A stretch of DNA of 64,000 nucleotides from Escherichia phage Killian. The stretch lies in the sequence record OQ446694.1; one strand, written 5' to 3'. This document shows, piece after piece, positions 39,194-48,369 of this stretch. Each line of letters begins with the position of its first letter. Position 1 is the stretch's first letter. The notes beneath the pieces were generated by a model that had not been told where the DNA came from, searched no databases, and was given only the letters and a program-made list of their open reading frames with translations. Position numbers and translations under genes: made by a program.

Positions 39194-39478
39194 ACGGAAT
39201 GAAATAAAAGCAGCAACTGAAGCAACTAAACTGTCTTCAATATAAACTTCAATTTTTACCGGAGCTTCTGATTCAAATTTACCTGTTACTACACCCTGGA
39301 AAATGCTTTCAGTCTGTTCTGGCTTTGAAAAATTTTCAGAAGGAAAAATTCCGAACTTTTTATCTGTTCCAAAAATTTTGATAAATTCATCATAAACTGC
39401 TTCATTAAAAGCGTTATCAGCAGGAATAACGCCTTCAACTACAAGTTCTTGACCTAAAAAGCGTAAAGAAGATTTCAT
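39188..39478 (-). CDS. hypothetical protein downstream of the alt genes (T4 alt.-x-like)
   Basis: 96-aa ORF with GAGG RBS, directly downstream of an early-type promoter. Confidence 0.65.
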   Translation of the reverse strand: MKSSLRFLGQELVVEGVIPADNAFNEAVYDEFIKIFGTDKKFGIFPSENFSKPEQTESIFQGVVTGKFESEAPVKIEVYIEDSLVASVAAFISFRK

Positions 39479-39509
39479 TTTGTGTTCCTCATGTTATGTC
39501 AGTAAGATT

Positions 39510-39539
39510 ATTATAACACAGCACGAGGGACTTGTAAAC
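39510..39539 (-). promoter_or_regulatory. T4 early-type promoter (GTTTAC -35, TATAAT -10)
   Basis: on - strand GTTTAC, 18 nt, TATAAT; second copy of this cassette at 55028-55057. Confidence 0.6.
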
Positions 39540-41596
39540 TACATCTTGAACTTTTTAGACATTCCGTTGATGTTAACCAAAGAAGCCAAGATTTGAGAAA
39601 CTTCGTTTTCCTCTTCTTTTGATTCTTCTACAAGGAATTGATTAAATCCAGCCATTGGACGAACTTCACCAGTTTCCATCAGATGATCGCCATCATATAC
39701 CGATTCTTCTAATTGTTCAGAAGGAGGAACGATTGTACCTTCGATTAAATACTTGTTATAAGCAGTTTCTTTCATCATGTACGTGCTCACTTTATTAATC
39801 TTCAGCAAAATTCCACGTGGTAAAATAACTTCAGCTTCTGACGGAAATCCTGATAAATGACCCGGAACGATAACTTTGATTCGCTCAGCTCCTTTTATTA
39901 CCATACCTACGCTAGTTTCAGCATCTTCATTCGCATAAGCAGAGTGACTGCCCATATGCATCAAATCTTCTGCGTCAACAGAACCTTCTCCTTCACCAGA
40001 AAATACTGCACTGGAATCATCTAGAGCCATATAGTTTTTACCATACTCACCGAAGATATTTGGTTTAAGCGATGTGGATACGAAGTTCTTAAAATAGAAC
40101 ATTTTATTTTCAATATTATGACGTAAAGTTTTAAAGGTAACTTCTTGGCCACGGTAAAGCGTAGTTCCTGGAGGAAGAACTGATCCTTTGGCAAAAGCAG
40201 AATCCATCGTCTCGATGTGTTTAATAGCTCGTTCCATATATTCTTCACGAGTAGAATCCGGTTTACCTAAAAGGAACGAGTTCATTTCAACATATGAATC
40301 CGCGCAATAATCTTCAATTACATCAGACTCAGCCTGAGTTAATCCTTTTGGGGGTACTTCAGTACTTGCATATTCATACGCTTGAGAAGCAGACTCATTA
40401 ATCAATTTATAAATGCCATTCATGACAAATTGAACAATAGCTACCTTTTCGTCTGGCGTGGCTTTAGAACCTTTAACTAAATCATTGATAATTTTCTTAA
40501 TAACATCAAAGCTATTAGAAATATTAATGTCAGCGAGATCGCTCAAAATTTTATCGGTTTTATAATCAAAGAATTCTTTATTCTTTAAATATTCTTGAGA
40601 ACCTTGATATGTTATATCGCTCTGCAGTCTGATAGACGGATCACGTAAACGTGCATGGGCCAATGCAATATGATTTCGGAAGCTTTCTAGTTCATAATCG
40701 TTAGATTTAAAACGAGAAGCACTTCTCATACCACCGATAGCTCCTTTGCTGAAGTTTGAACCAATCTGAATAACGCCAGAGTTCATTGGTCCTTCTGCTT
40801 TATATACCGGAACTTTAGATTCAAACTCTTGATATTTCTTGGCAGCGAAGCTATCACCCTGTAGCGAAGCATCGACAGTAGAATATTGAGCTTGTGCTGC
40901 TAATCGACGACTAATTTTAGTTTTCTGAATAACAGCTTGATCCGTGCGCTTATCATTTTCTAAAGCAATAGAAGCAGCAACAGCAACAGCTTTAGGAACA
41001 GCATTACCTGTTTTAACATCTACATAAACATCACCAACCTTTGATTCAACTTTTGTGAATAACTCAGTTGAAATAGGAGGTACACCTGGAATGTCTTCTA
41101 AATTGGCATTTTTACGGTAAACCATAATATATGCATACTTTTTATCATAGTCCCAGATTTCCTTTAAAAGAACATATCGACCTGCTCCTTTAGTACGTAC
41201 TAAACGGTCAGCAATAACTTGCATTTGACGAGCAGCGCCATTTGTTTTACTTTTTAGTACGCGGAATAGGCATGCGTCAATTTTATACTGTTTCATTGTT
41301 TGAAGAGCAGTATCAAAAACCGCATTAATGACACCAATTGGATTTCCACCCAAGTTTTTAAGTTTAACTAATGATAGTTTCTCATTGACACCTATCATTA
41401 CGATATGCATCATTTTATCGCCTGGCTTAACGTTTTTATTTGTATCACCACCGGAGGTGTATGTACAAAATCTAAATCCAGGAAGCACGCTTTCTTCACC
41501 GGCTTGAATAGCAAAAATTTGAGGTATTTTATGCTTAGGATTTAAGTTAACAACCGGCGCCGAAGCGCCGTCAAATAATTCTGTAATAAGTTCCAT
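39539..41596 (-). CDS. Alt-family ADP-ribosyltransferase, copy 1
   Basis: 685 aa; R-S-ExE ART motifs (YRG, FVSTSL, SEAEVILPRG); paralog of the adjacent ORF. Confidence 0.85.
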   Translation of the reverse strand: MELITELFDGASAPVVNLNPKHKIPQIFAIQAGEESVLPGFRFCTYTSGGDTNKNVKPGDKMMHIVMIGVNEKLSLVKLKNLGGNPIGVINAVFDTALQTMKQYKIDACLFRVLKSKTNGAARQMQVIADRLVRTKGAGRYVLLKEIWDYDKKYAYIMVYRKNANLEDIPGVPPISTELFTKVESKVGDVYVDVKTGNAVPKAVAVAASIALENDKRTDQAVIQKTKISRRLAAQAQYSTVDASLQGDSFAAKKYQEFESKVPVYKAEGPMNSGVIQIGSNFSKGAIGGMRSASRFKSNDYELESFRNHIALAHARLRDPSIRLQSDITYQGSQEYLKNKEFFDYKTDKILSDLADINISNSFDVIKKIINDLVKGSKATPDEKVAIVQFVMNGIYKLINESASQAYEYASTEVPPKGLTQAESDVIEDYCADSYVEMNSFLLGKPDSTREEYMERAIKHIETMDSAFAKGSVLPPGTTLYRGQEVTFKTLRHNIENKMFYFKNFVSTSLKPNIFGEYGKNYMALDDSSAVFSGEGEGSVDAEDLMHMGSHSAYANEDAETSVGMVIKGAERIKVIVPGHLSGFPSEAEVILPRGILLKINKVSTYMMKETAYNKYLIEGTIVPPSEQLEESVYDGDHLMETGEVRPMAGFNQFLVEESKEEENEVSQILASLVNINGMSKKFKM

Positions 41597-41599
41597 GAT

Positions 41600-43696
41600 T
41601 TATCCTTGAATGAACTTGTAAGGCATGTTTGCAATATCTATGCAAGATGCAATAATTCCAAGAGATGATTCTACTTTTTGTTTAACATTTGATGAAACAA
41701 ATGATGCAAAGTCAACTCTGTCTTCTATTTCAATATCACCTGCCATTGCAACTACTTCACCAGTTTCCATTAGACGGTCACCGTCATAAATTACTGATTC
41801 AGTGAGTTCTTCCGTAGTCATAACTTCAGCTTGAATGAGTTTTGTATTATTAGATGTTGTTCCGTCATTATTAGAAGCATCAGTTATTTTATTAACTTTG
41901 ACCATCAATCCGCGTGGTAGAATAACTTCAGCTTCTGTTGCTATTCCGAGGCTTCCTGGATATACAACATTAACTTTATGAGCTCCATCAATTGCCCATC
42001 CTATTTGAACTTTAACGTATTCGGGATTTTCTTTATACGCTCTTATTTCGTTTGAATTAATAGTTATTCCTTCTTCATTTTTATCAACTGTCAATTCATT
42101 ACGAGCTTCTGGTTCTAAAAGACCAATACCAGCATGTGTAATTCCAAAACGTCCAAAAATGATAGGAGTTAAAGAAGTAGATACAAAATTTCTGAAATAG
42201 AACACTTTATTTTTAACTAGTGCTTCGTATATAGGAGCAGTCATGCTTTGAGCACGATAAACTGTAATGCCTTCTGGTATACGGTCACCATTTTCAAAGG
42301 CTGAATCTAAATTATTTATCGCAGATTCAATTTCTTTTTCACTCATTACCTCATATCGTTCTGGATTGTAGCGACCTAAAAGAAGATTATTGATGTCAGT
42401 ATATCCTGAACCACAATACTCTCTAATGCCGCGCTTTTGTGATGGAGTATATTTAGAACCATCACGAGCAATAGTAATATCAATCATTGGACCTGCACCA
42501 ATTCCAGAAAAACTATAAATCATTCTTTTGAGGAATTTAGTTTTTGCTGCGTTCCAGGAATTTTTAGTTATTTCTTCCCAGACTTCATCTGGCTGTCCTT
42601 TACGGGTTTTATTATGTTTATCAAGCCAATTATCTTTATATTCTTCAAATAATTGATTAACAGCTGCTGCGTATTTCTCTAAACATTTTATTGAAGTAGT
42701 TGGTTCATTTTTAATCGCATTAAGAATTACATCTTTAATTTTTTCAGAAACTTCATTAACCTCACTTTTTGAAAAGAATTTATAGTCATAATGAAGTTCA
42801 TCTGCAGTTCCTTCAGCAATAATTTTTGCTGCCTTAGTTTTAGAAGCTAATGAATTAATTCCAAGCTTCATTTCTTCCGCTTCGGGAATTAAAGGAGCGG
42901 TAGCAGGTTTATTGAAATTAGCTGCGGTAGATTCATACTTCTGGAATAATTCACTTTCAAATCTAGAAGATTCTAATGACTGACTTTGCGCAATTGCTCT
43001 ACGGGAAATTTTAACTTTAACGATTACAGCTTGGTCAGAACGTTTATCATTTTCTTGTGCAATAGATGCTGCAATTGCCTCATTTTTAGTTACTTGAGCT
43101 CCAGTATCTTTATTGATATAAACATCACCGACTTTCGATTCAACTTTAGTAAAGAGCTCGGTACTAATTTCTGGAACTCCTGGAATGTCTTCTAATGATA
43201 CATTTTTGCGATGTATAAGAATATATGCGTACTTTTTATCGTAATCCCAGAGTTCCTTAAGAAGGACGTATCTGCCACCTGAACGACTGCGGATAAGTCT
43301 ATCAGCAATAAGTTGAATTTGTCGAGCTTGACCAGCAGTTTTAGACTTAAGAATACGGAGCATGCAGGCATCAATTTTATACTGACGCATCGTTTGCATT
43401 GCAACTGTAAAAACTGAATTGATATAATTAATTGGGCTTGGACCGAGACCTTTTAATTTAGCAATTGAACCTTTAGCAGTTAATGTAAAAGGAACAATAT
43501 GCATCATTTTATCGCCCATCTTTAAATCGCGATTAGTATCACCTCCAGATGTATAGGTACATAAACGAAAGCCTGGTTGTTCAATTGCGTCATCAACGTG
43601 AACTGAAAAAATTTGCGGTATTTTCTTCTTTGGATTTAAGTTTGTAATCGGAAGAGTAGTATCTTCGTCAAATAATTCTGTAATGAGTTCCATCAT
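41600..43696 (-). CDS. alt: Alt-family ADP-ribosyltransferase, copy 2
   Basis: 698 aa; same N-terminus MELITELFD and ART motifs; late promoter immediately upstream. Confidence 0.8.
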   Translation of the reverse strand: MMELITELFDEDTTLPITNLNPKKKIPQIFSVHVDDAIEQPGFRLCTYTSGGDTNRDLKMGDKMMHIVPFTLTAKGSIAKLKGLGPSPINYINSVFTVAMQTMRQYKIDACMLRILKSKTAGQARQIQLIADRLIRSRSGGRYVLLKELWDYDKKYAYILIHRKNVSLEDIPGVPEISTELFTKVESKVGDVYINKDTGAQVTKNEAIAASIAQENDKRSDQAVIVKVKISRRAIAQSQSLESSRFESELFQKYESTAANFNKPATAPLIPEAEEMKLGINSLASKTKAAKIIAEGTADELHYDYKFFSKSEVNEVSEKIKDVILNAIKNEPTTSIKCLEKYAAAVNQLFEEYKDNWLDKHNKTRKGQPDEVWEEITKNSWNAAKTKFLKRMIYSFSGIGAGPMIDITIARDGSKYTPSQKRGIREYCGSGYTDINNLLLGRYNPERYEVMSEKEIESAINNLDSAFENGDRIPEGITVYRAQSMTAPIYEALVKNKVFYFRNFVSTSLTPIIFGRFGITHAGIGLLEPEARNELTVDKNEEGITINSNEIRAYKENPEYVKVQIGWAIDGAHKVNVVYPGSLGIATEAEVILPRGLMVKVNKITDASNNDGTTSNNTKLIQAEVMTTEELTESVIYDGDRLMETGEVVAMAGDIEIEDRVDFASFVSSNVKQKVESSLGIIASCIDIANMPYKFIQG

Positions 43697-43716
43697 ATCC
43701 TCTCTAGTGTTTATTC

Positions 43717-43724
43717 TATTTATA
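43717..43724 (-). promoter_or_regulatory. T4 late promoter for the alt genes
   Basis: TATAAATA on - strand ~20 nt upstream of the alt ATG, followed by GAGAGGA RBS. Confidence 0.6.
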
Positions 43725-43730
43725 AAATTA

Positions 43731-43746
43731 AAGGCCCGAAGGCCTT
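43731..43746 (-). terminator. hairpin between the 62-aa ORF and alt
   Basis: aggcc-cgaa-ggcct tetraloop hairpin. Confidence 0.45.
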
Positions 43747-43934
43747 TAATAATCTATTGGTAAGAGAGTACGATATATTTCAAACTTTGGGCCTTTTTCA
43801 TAGGCATCAAATGTTTCTGTGAATTTATTATAAGCATATGCATCTATAAATTCAATCATAATTTGTGATACAGAAGTAGAAACATCTCCACCTTCTTTTT
43901 GAGCCACGACAATTGTTTCTAAGTAAGCTTTCAT
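43746..43934 (-). CDS. hypothetical small protein
   Basis: 62-aa ORF; start overlaps ligase stop. Confidence 0.55.
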   Translation of the reverse strand: MKAYLETIVVAQKEGGDVSTSVSQIMIEFIDAYAYNKFTETFDAYEKGPKFEIYRTLLPIDY

Positions 43935-45391
43935 AGACCAGTTACCTCATGAAAATCACCAAATACATCCTCGAATGTATTAGCTTTAGTTTTATCTTCA
44001 CGCAAACGAATCGCAATCGGAAGAAATAATTTAACGTAATCAGTGCGGCCATCAGATTTTAACCAACCATTACATTCGCACTCTAGAATTTTTCCAATAT
44101 AATAATTTTGGTTTTCCATAATGCGAGTACGGTCAAGTTCATGCGATTTTACACCGGCTTTATCTTTTAAGCCTGAACCAGCATTTACTTTAATTTTTCC
44201 ACATTCTGATTCAAGAATAAATCCACCCGCTTTAGTAGGGTCTTTACGGTGAGGATAAATTCCTACAATTTTTAAATCAACATCAATTACTTCTTTAAAT
44301 TTATAGAGATTTTTTGAACGAGCATTTTCCCATAATCCATCGATATTTTTGAGAATAATACCTTCAAGACCTTGGTCAATATACTTTTTATAAATTACCT
44401 TAGCTTCATCTAGGTTATTTACTATCTGGTTTTCAATTAAAATTACTTTATCATATCCTGATGTCATTTGTTCTAGTTTAGAAAAACGTACATCATATTT
44501 TAAACGAAATGCTGGAAGACCGTATATTTCTACCAACGGGACATAATCCCAGACCTGAAACTTCATGCATTTGGCTTCTTTTTCTGAAATAGTTCCCTTT
44601 AAAGATTTATTGGCGATTCCATTAGAAGCAGTACGCGATTCAGCTACTTCGGAAAACTCTTTAGCTTTACTGATTTCAGGAGCATCAAAAAGAAAATCTA
44701 GGCCTTCTGGCTCCTTTTCAACTTGCTCATGGTATACCAATTCGCCATCAATTAACACGCCTTCTGGATGAATCTGGCGAGCTTCAGCAGTCATTTTGAT
44801 TAACTCTTCCTTAAGAAGATCTAATCCTAGATATTCATTACCAGCTCGTGATAAAAGACGAACATCATCTAATTCATCGCCTCGGACTTCAGCAAAACAC
44901 CGAGCTCCATCTGCTTTTAACTGTGCAAAAGCTGGAAATTTGATATTCTTACTAATGCCTTTTTCATCATAAGAACTTGCCAGCATTTGAGGTTGTTCAG
45001 GAATTAAACCTGGCCAAACTTTATTTGCGATAGATACTGAAGCACCGCATTCAAGATCTCGCATCATAACTCGACGCAAAACTTCAACATCATCCTTTTT
45101 ACCATCAGTGATATATCCAGTTAATTCCTCAATTGCAGCATTTCCAGTCAATTTCCGAGTAGCTAACGTGAATTCAATGAAGTCAAGCATATCGGTAATA
45201 GTCAGCATTCCAAAACTCTGGGTAGCAATACCAGGTTTAGGCCATTTCTTGATATAATACTGTAACCCACGAGAATAAGTCAGACGATATACTCGTTTAA
45301 GCAATTCATTATCTTTATTCTTTTCAAGAATTGCTTGCTTCTGCTTAGTTGATCCAATAGATGCTATTTCATTCAGAATTTTAAGAATCAT
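43931..45391 (-). CDS. 30: ATP-dependent DNA ligase
   Basis: 486 aa; near-identical to recalled T4 DNA ligase (MILKILNEIASIGSTKQKQAIL...; KADG adenylation lysine motif). Confidence 0.97.
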   Translation of the reverse strand: MILKILNEIASIGSTKQKQAILEKNKDNELLKRVYRLTYSRGLQYYIKKWPKPGIATQSFGMLTITDMLDFIEFTLATRKLTGNAAIEELTGYITDGKKDDVEVLRRVMMRDLECGASVSIANKVWPGLIPEQPQMLASSYDEKGISKNIKFPAFAQLKADGARCFAEVRGDELDDVRLLSRAGNEYLGLDLLKEELIKMTAEARQIHPEGVLIDGELVYHEQVEKEPEGLDFLFDAPEISKAKEFSEVAESRTASNGIANKSLKGTISEKEAKCMKFQVWDYVPLVEIYGLPAFRLKYDVRFSKLEQMTSGYDKVILIENQIVNNLDEAKVIYKKYIDQGLEGIILKNIDGLWENARSKNLYKFKEVIDVDLKIVGIYPHRKDPTKAGGFILESECGKIKVNAGSGLKDKAGVKSHELDRTRIMENQNYYIGKILECECNGWLKSDGRTDYVKLFLPIAIRLREDKTKANTFEDVFGDFHEVTGL

Positions 45392-45657
45392 TGCTCATCC
45401 TTCAAGGTTTGGTTTACAGCTCTATTATAAATCAATTCATCATTAAGCTCAGGCAAAGACCTATGATATGTAGTTCTAACTTTATTTCCTTGCATCCAGT
45501 GCTTAACGTAAATGAAACCTTGCTCTACACATTTTTTAAAAATTCGTTCGTCTTTTTGAGCTCGGAATTTTGGATTACATCTAAAAAATTGATTTACGTG
45601 ACCGTAATCACGTGTAGTATTACCTTCATTTTCATAAATAGTGTGAACGACAAACAT
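45388..45657 (-). CDS. hypothetical protein (T4 30.1-like)
   Basis: 89-aa ORF in 30.1 position. Confidence 0.6.
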   Translation of the reverse strand: MFVVHTIYENEGNTTRDYGHVNQFFRCNPKFRAQKDERIFKKCVEQGFIYVKHWMQGNKVRTTYHRSLPELNDELIYNRAVNQTLKDEQ

Positions 45658-46496
45658 TAGAATGCTCCTTGGAAAATATTATCACCGCTAGTAGGTCTAT
45701 TATACAAATACTCTATGCCACCAGGTTTAATATAGTTCCATGTCTGAAATGGATGTGTCTGATATGGATGATATAGATGATTATAAGGATTAAATCCAGG
45801 CGTTCTCCAGGTAGTGTTCCAAGGAAAAGAATCGTTTTTAACCATCTTCTCAATTAAATCTTTTACAGCTTTTTCACTATCAAAACTTTCTTTATTTTCC
45901 TTCGGCGAAAAAAGCTTATTTTCTACATCATTCCATGTATAAACTCGCTGAGCAGTTTTTGGAATATTGTCACGCTCTCCTCGAGCCATCCAATAAACAG
46001 GAACATTTAATATTTCACTCGCATGATCGCAGTGATGAGCGAGATCGTCAATATAACAAATTACGTTATATTTCTCTTTTGCCTTTTTAAACAACTCTTC
46101 TTTTGAAGAATCATGACCACACATCATTACTTCTGAGAAGGCACCAGGAAAAAGAGCATTCAAATTAAATTGACGATTCAACAGAGCGTCAATAGAATCA
46201 CCCAATGCTGTGACAGCTACAAAATTATAATCTTCTTTTAATTTGTTAATTACACACAGTGCATCTTTATATGGAGACAAGTAACGAATAAAATCTGATC
46301 GATTATATTTTTCAATTAGCTTGACACCGAGTTCTTCATCACAATTAAAGAGTTTACCTGGAGAAATAAATTTCTCATCTTGGATCATTTTTAAAATATG
46401 TTCTAACGGAAGATTATATTTCTGAGCAAAATAAGGAAGACCTGATTGCCAGCTTAAACATACTCCATCAATATCAGTTAAAATAGTAGGCTTCAT
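45657..46496 (-). CDS. HAD-superfamily hydrolase-like protein (T4 30.2-like)
   Basis: 279 aa; N-terminal ILTDIDGV resembles HAD motif I (DxDG). Confidence 0.65.
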   Translation of the reverse strand: MKPTILTDIDGVCLSWQSGLPYFAQKYNLPLEHILKMIQDEKFISPGKLFNCDEELGVKLIEKYNRSDFIRYLSPYKDALCVINKLKEDYNFVAVTALGDSIDALLNRQFNLNALFPGAFSEVMMCGHDSSKEELFKKAKEKYNVICYIDDLAHHCDHASEILNVPVYWMARGERDNIPKTAQRVYTWNDVENKLFSPKENKESFDSEKAVKDLIEKMVKNDSFPWNTTWRTPGFNPYNHLYHPYQTHPFQTWNYIKPGGIEYLYNRPTSGDNIFQGAF

Positions 46497-46957
46497 AGAG
46501 AGTCTCTTAATAGGTTTAACACATCAATAAATTCAGCTTCGGTTAGTATTGTATCATCTTTTGTTAGACCACTAGCCATGCTGTGCTTCAAAACTTTTCC
46601 TTTCGAGGCTTGTAATGCATCACGAAAGCCCCTGTTTTGGAACGCTGCTTCAAAATATGCATTTGTGTATAATTCTTTCCACGCTGGAGAGTATCTTGAA
46701 AACTGAACTCCAAGCCAGAAGAGGGTCCCACGGTCCTGAGCTCTAGCATAAGCTCGTCCAGCTTGTTGGGCGGCAAGCCCGGATAACCCAAATATACGAT
46801 GTTGCTGTTCAACATTTTTCACCTTGCATCCTTGGAGGAATCCTTCGAGACCTCCAAATTGGATACCATCCATAACAAAAGGCCATTGGGCGAAATTACT
46901 TAATGCACATGATGGCCATCTAAAATTGCTTCTAATCTCTAACTCAGACATTTTCAA
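46493..46957 (-). CDS. NADAR/YbiA-family protein (T4 30.3-like)
   Basis: 154 aa; LSNFAQWPF..DG..F...EGFLQGCK resembles the NADAR (DUF1768) core. Confidence 0.65.
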   Translation of the reverse strand: MKMSELEIRSNFRWPSCALSNFAQWPFVMDGIQFGGLEGFLQGCKVKNVEQQHRIFGLSGLAAQQAGRAYARAQDRGTLFWLGVQFSRYSPAWKELYTNAYFEAAFQNRGFRDALQASKGKVLKHSMASGLTKDDTILTEAEFIDVLNLLRDSL

Positions 46958-47159
46958 TACTTATAATTTCAACATCAGCCCAATGACCGTAACTTGGTAA
47001 ACGGTCTTCAATAGATAATCCGCCATCATATTTAAGCATTTTAATTGTCATAATATATGGCTCTAAATGGTCTTCAGTGAGCGGAGAGACATCAGTCACA
47101 CGATAAGTAACTTCGACCATTTCCGTGCCCAGTAATTTCTTGATTAATTTCTTAAACAT
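46944..47159 (-). CDS. hypothetical protein (T4 30.4-like)
   Basis: 71-aa ORF. Confidence 0.55.
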   Translation of the reverse strand: MFKKLIKKLLGTEMVEVTYRVTDVSPLTEDHLEPYIMTIKMLKYDGGLSIEDRLPSYGHWADVEIISIENV

Positions 47160-47163
47160 TTTA

Positions 47164-47451
47164 TTAGAACCTCATCTGAAAACCGTGCGATTTAACACTA
47201 CCGCCGCCAATATCAGAAATATTAATTTCACGCGCAATTGAAGGGTCAATGTCAATTTCACGATTGAGTTTAGTGATAGCTAAAGTATCGCGGCCATTTA
47301 CAGTACGGAACTCTAAAGGGCAGACTACATTAACATAGTTTTTAATCGATTCACTGGTAGGTTGCAAATGAGCAGGAAGGTCTTTAGGCGCCTTAGAGAA
47401 AACCACTTCACAGAAATTTTTGCGGGTATCAAAATAAGTAGTCATAAACAT
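47164..47451 (-). CDS. hypothetical protein (T4 30.5-like)
   Basis: 95-aa ORF with GAGG RBS. Confidence 0.6.
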   Translation of the reverse strand: MFMTTYFDTRKNFCEVVFSKAPKDLPAHLQPTSESIKNYVNVVCPLEFRTVNGRDTLAITKLNREIDIDPSIAREINISDIGGGSVKSHGFQMRF

Positions 47452-47468
47452 AGTATTTTCCTCAGTAA

Positions 47469-47482
47469 GGGGCCGAAGCCCC
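47469..47482. other. GC-rich tetraloop hairpin between 30.6 and 30.5
   Basis: ggggc-cgaa-gcccc; T-tract follows on the + strand although flanking genes are on -. Confidence 0.6.
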
Positions 47483-47492
47483 TCATTTTATT

Positions 47493-47858
47493 TTAAATAT
47501 CAAATTCGTTAAGAACTACATCAAAGATTGCTTCAAGATGCTCAGGTTTAGCTCTGTTACTCAGAATATGACGAATCCAAGTTTTAACCAGAAGCTTGCG
47601 ATTAACACCATTCCAGCAAGGATGAGTCCCTAAATCGCGTTGACGAAAATCATCATCCAAAGCGATTTTGAAGTTGGAACCTTCCATTGTGATTGAAACC
47701 GTGATGCCATTTTCAAATCGCATATAAACGTAGTTAGGAGTCATATACTGTTCAATTTCGCATACTGATCCATTTTGATGTTTCCAAAGGCAAATAGTAT
47801 CAATAGAACCTGCAATACCATTAGAAACATATTTACGTTCAAAGTTGATGTAGTTCAT
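47493..47858 (-). CDS. hypothetical protein (T4 30.6-like)
   Basis: 121-aa ORF. Confidence 0.6.
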   Translation of the reverse strand: MNYINFERKYVSNGIAGSIDTICLWKHQNGSVCEIEQYMTPNYVYMRFENGITVSITMEGSNFKIALDDDFRQRDLGTHPCWNGVNRKLLVKTWIRHILSNRAKPEHLEAIFDVVLNEFDI

Positions 47859-47926
47859 TTTTATTCTCCGAGCTGTTTAATTGCGGTACAGGTATATAAT
47901 ATCATATCCTGTACCAAAGTAAACAA

Positions 47927-48259
47927 TTATTTTACTACTTTCCAGTGCTGCATGTCAAGTTTACCAACTTTTTTCATCTTCTCAATTAAGCGTTCGGCGC
48001 GTTGGCGAGCTGTAACATAATACCATTCACCCAATTCATTTTGTTCAATTTTTCCAACGATTACTGTATTCAATTCATAAATCCAACCAGTAAAGAAATT
48101 ATGAACTTGAATTGTAAAGGTGAAATCTGTTCCCATACCTTCTGTTGTTTCTACTTCAATAATATCACCTTCAACTGCCATTAAGAACCACATAGTTTCA
48201 TCATATTTACCATTGAAGCATTTAGTTTTAACTGCAGCGTTCAGATTAATCGTTTTCAT
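47927..48259 (-). CDS. hypothetical protein (T4 30.7-like)
   Basis: 110-aa ORF. Confidence 0.6.
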   Translation of the reverse strand: MKTINLNAAVKTKCFNGKYDETMWFLMAVEGDIIEVETTEGMGTDFTFTIQVHNFFTGWIYELNTVIVGKIEQNELGEWYYVTARQRAERLIEKMKKVGKLDMQHWKVVK

Positions 48260-48345
48260 TTTATTCTCCTTTGTTTGTGTAAGATAATACTATCACAAAG
48301 GAACCATACTGTAAACAACTTTGTGCAGTCTTTGGAAAATAAAAA

Positions 48346-48363
48346 AGGACTCCCGAAGGAGTC
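48346..48363 (-). terminator. rho-independent terminator (- strand)
   Basis: ggactcc-cgaa-ggagtcc; on - strand followed by TTTTTT. Confidence 0.7.
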
Positions 48364-48369
48364 CTCAAC

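Noticed and set aside
46588-46815. 75-aa ORF in an alternative frame within the NADAR-like gene
   Set aside because: Same strand, embedded in a longer, motif-bearing ORF; T4 annotations list a 30.3' overlapping ORF but I see no independent evidence here.
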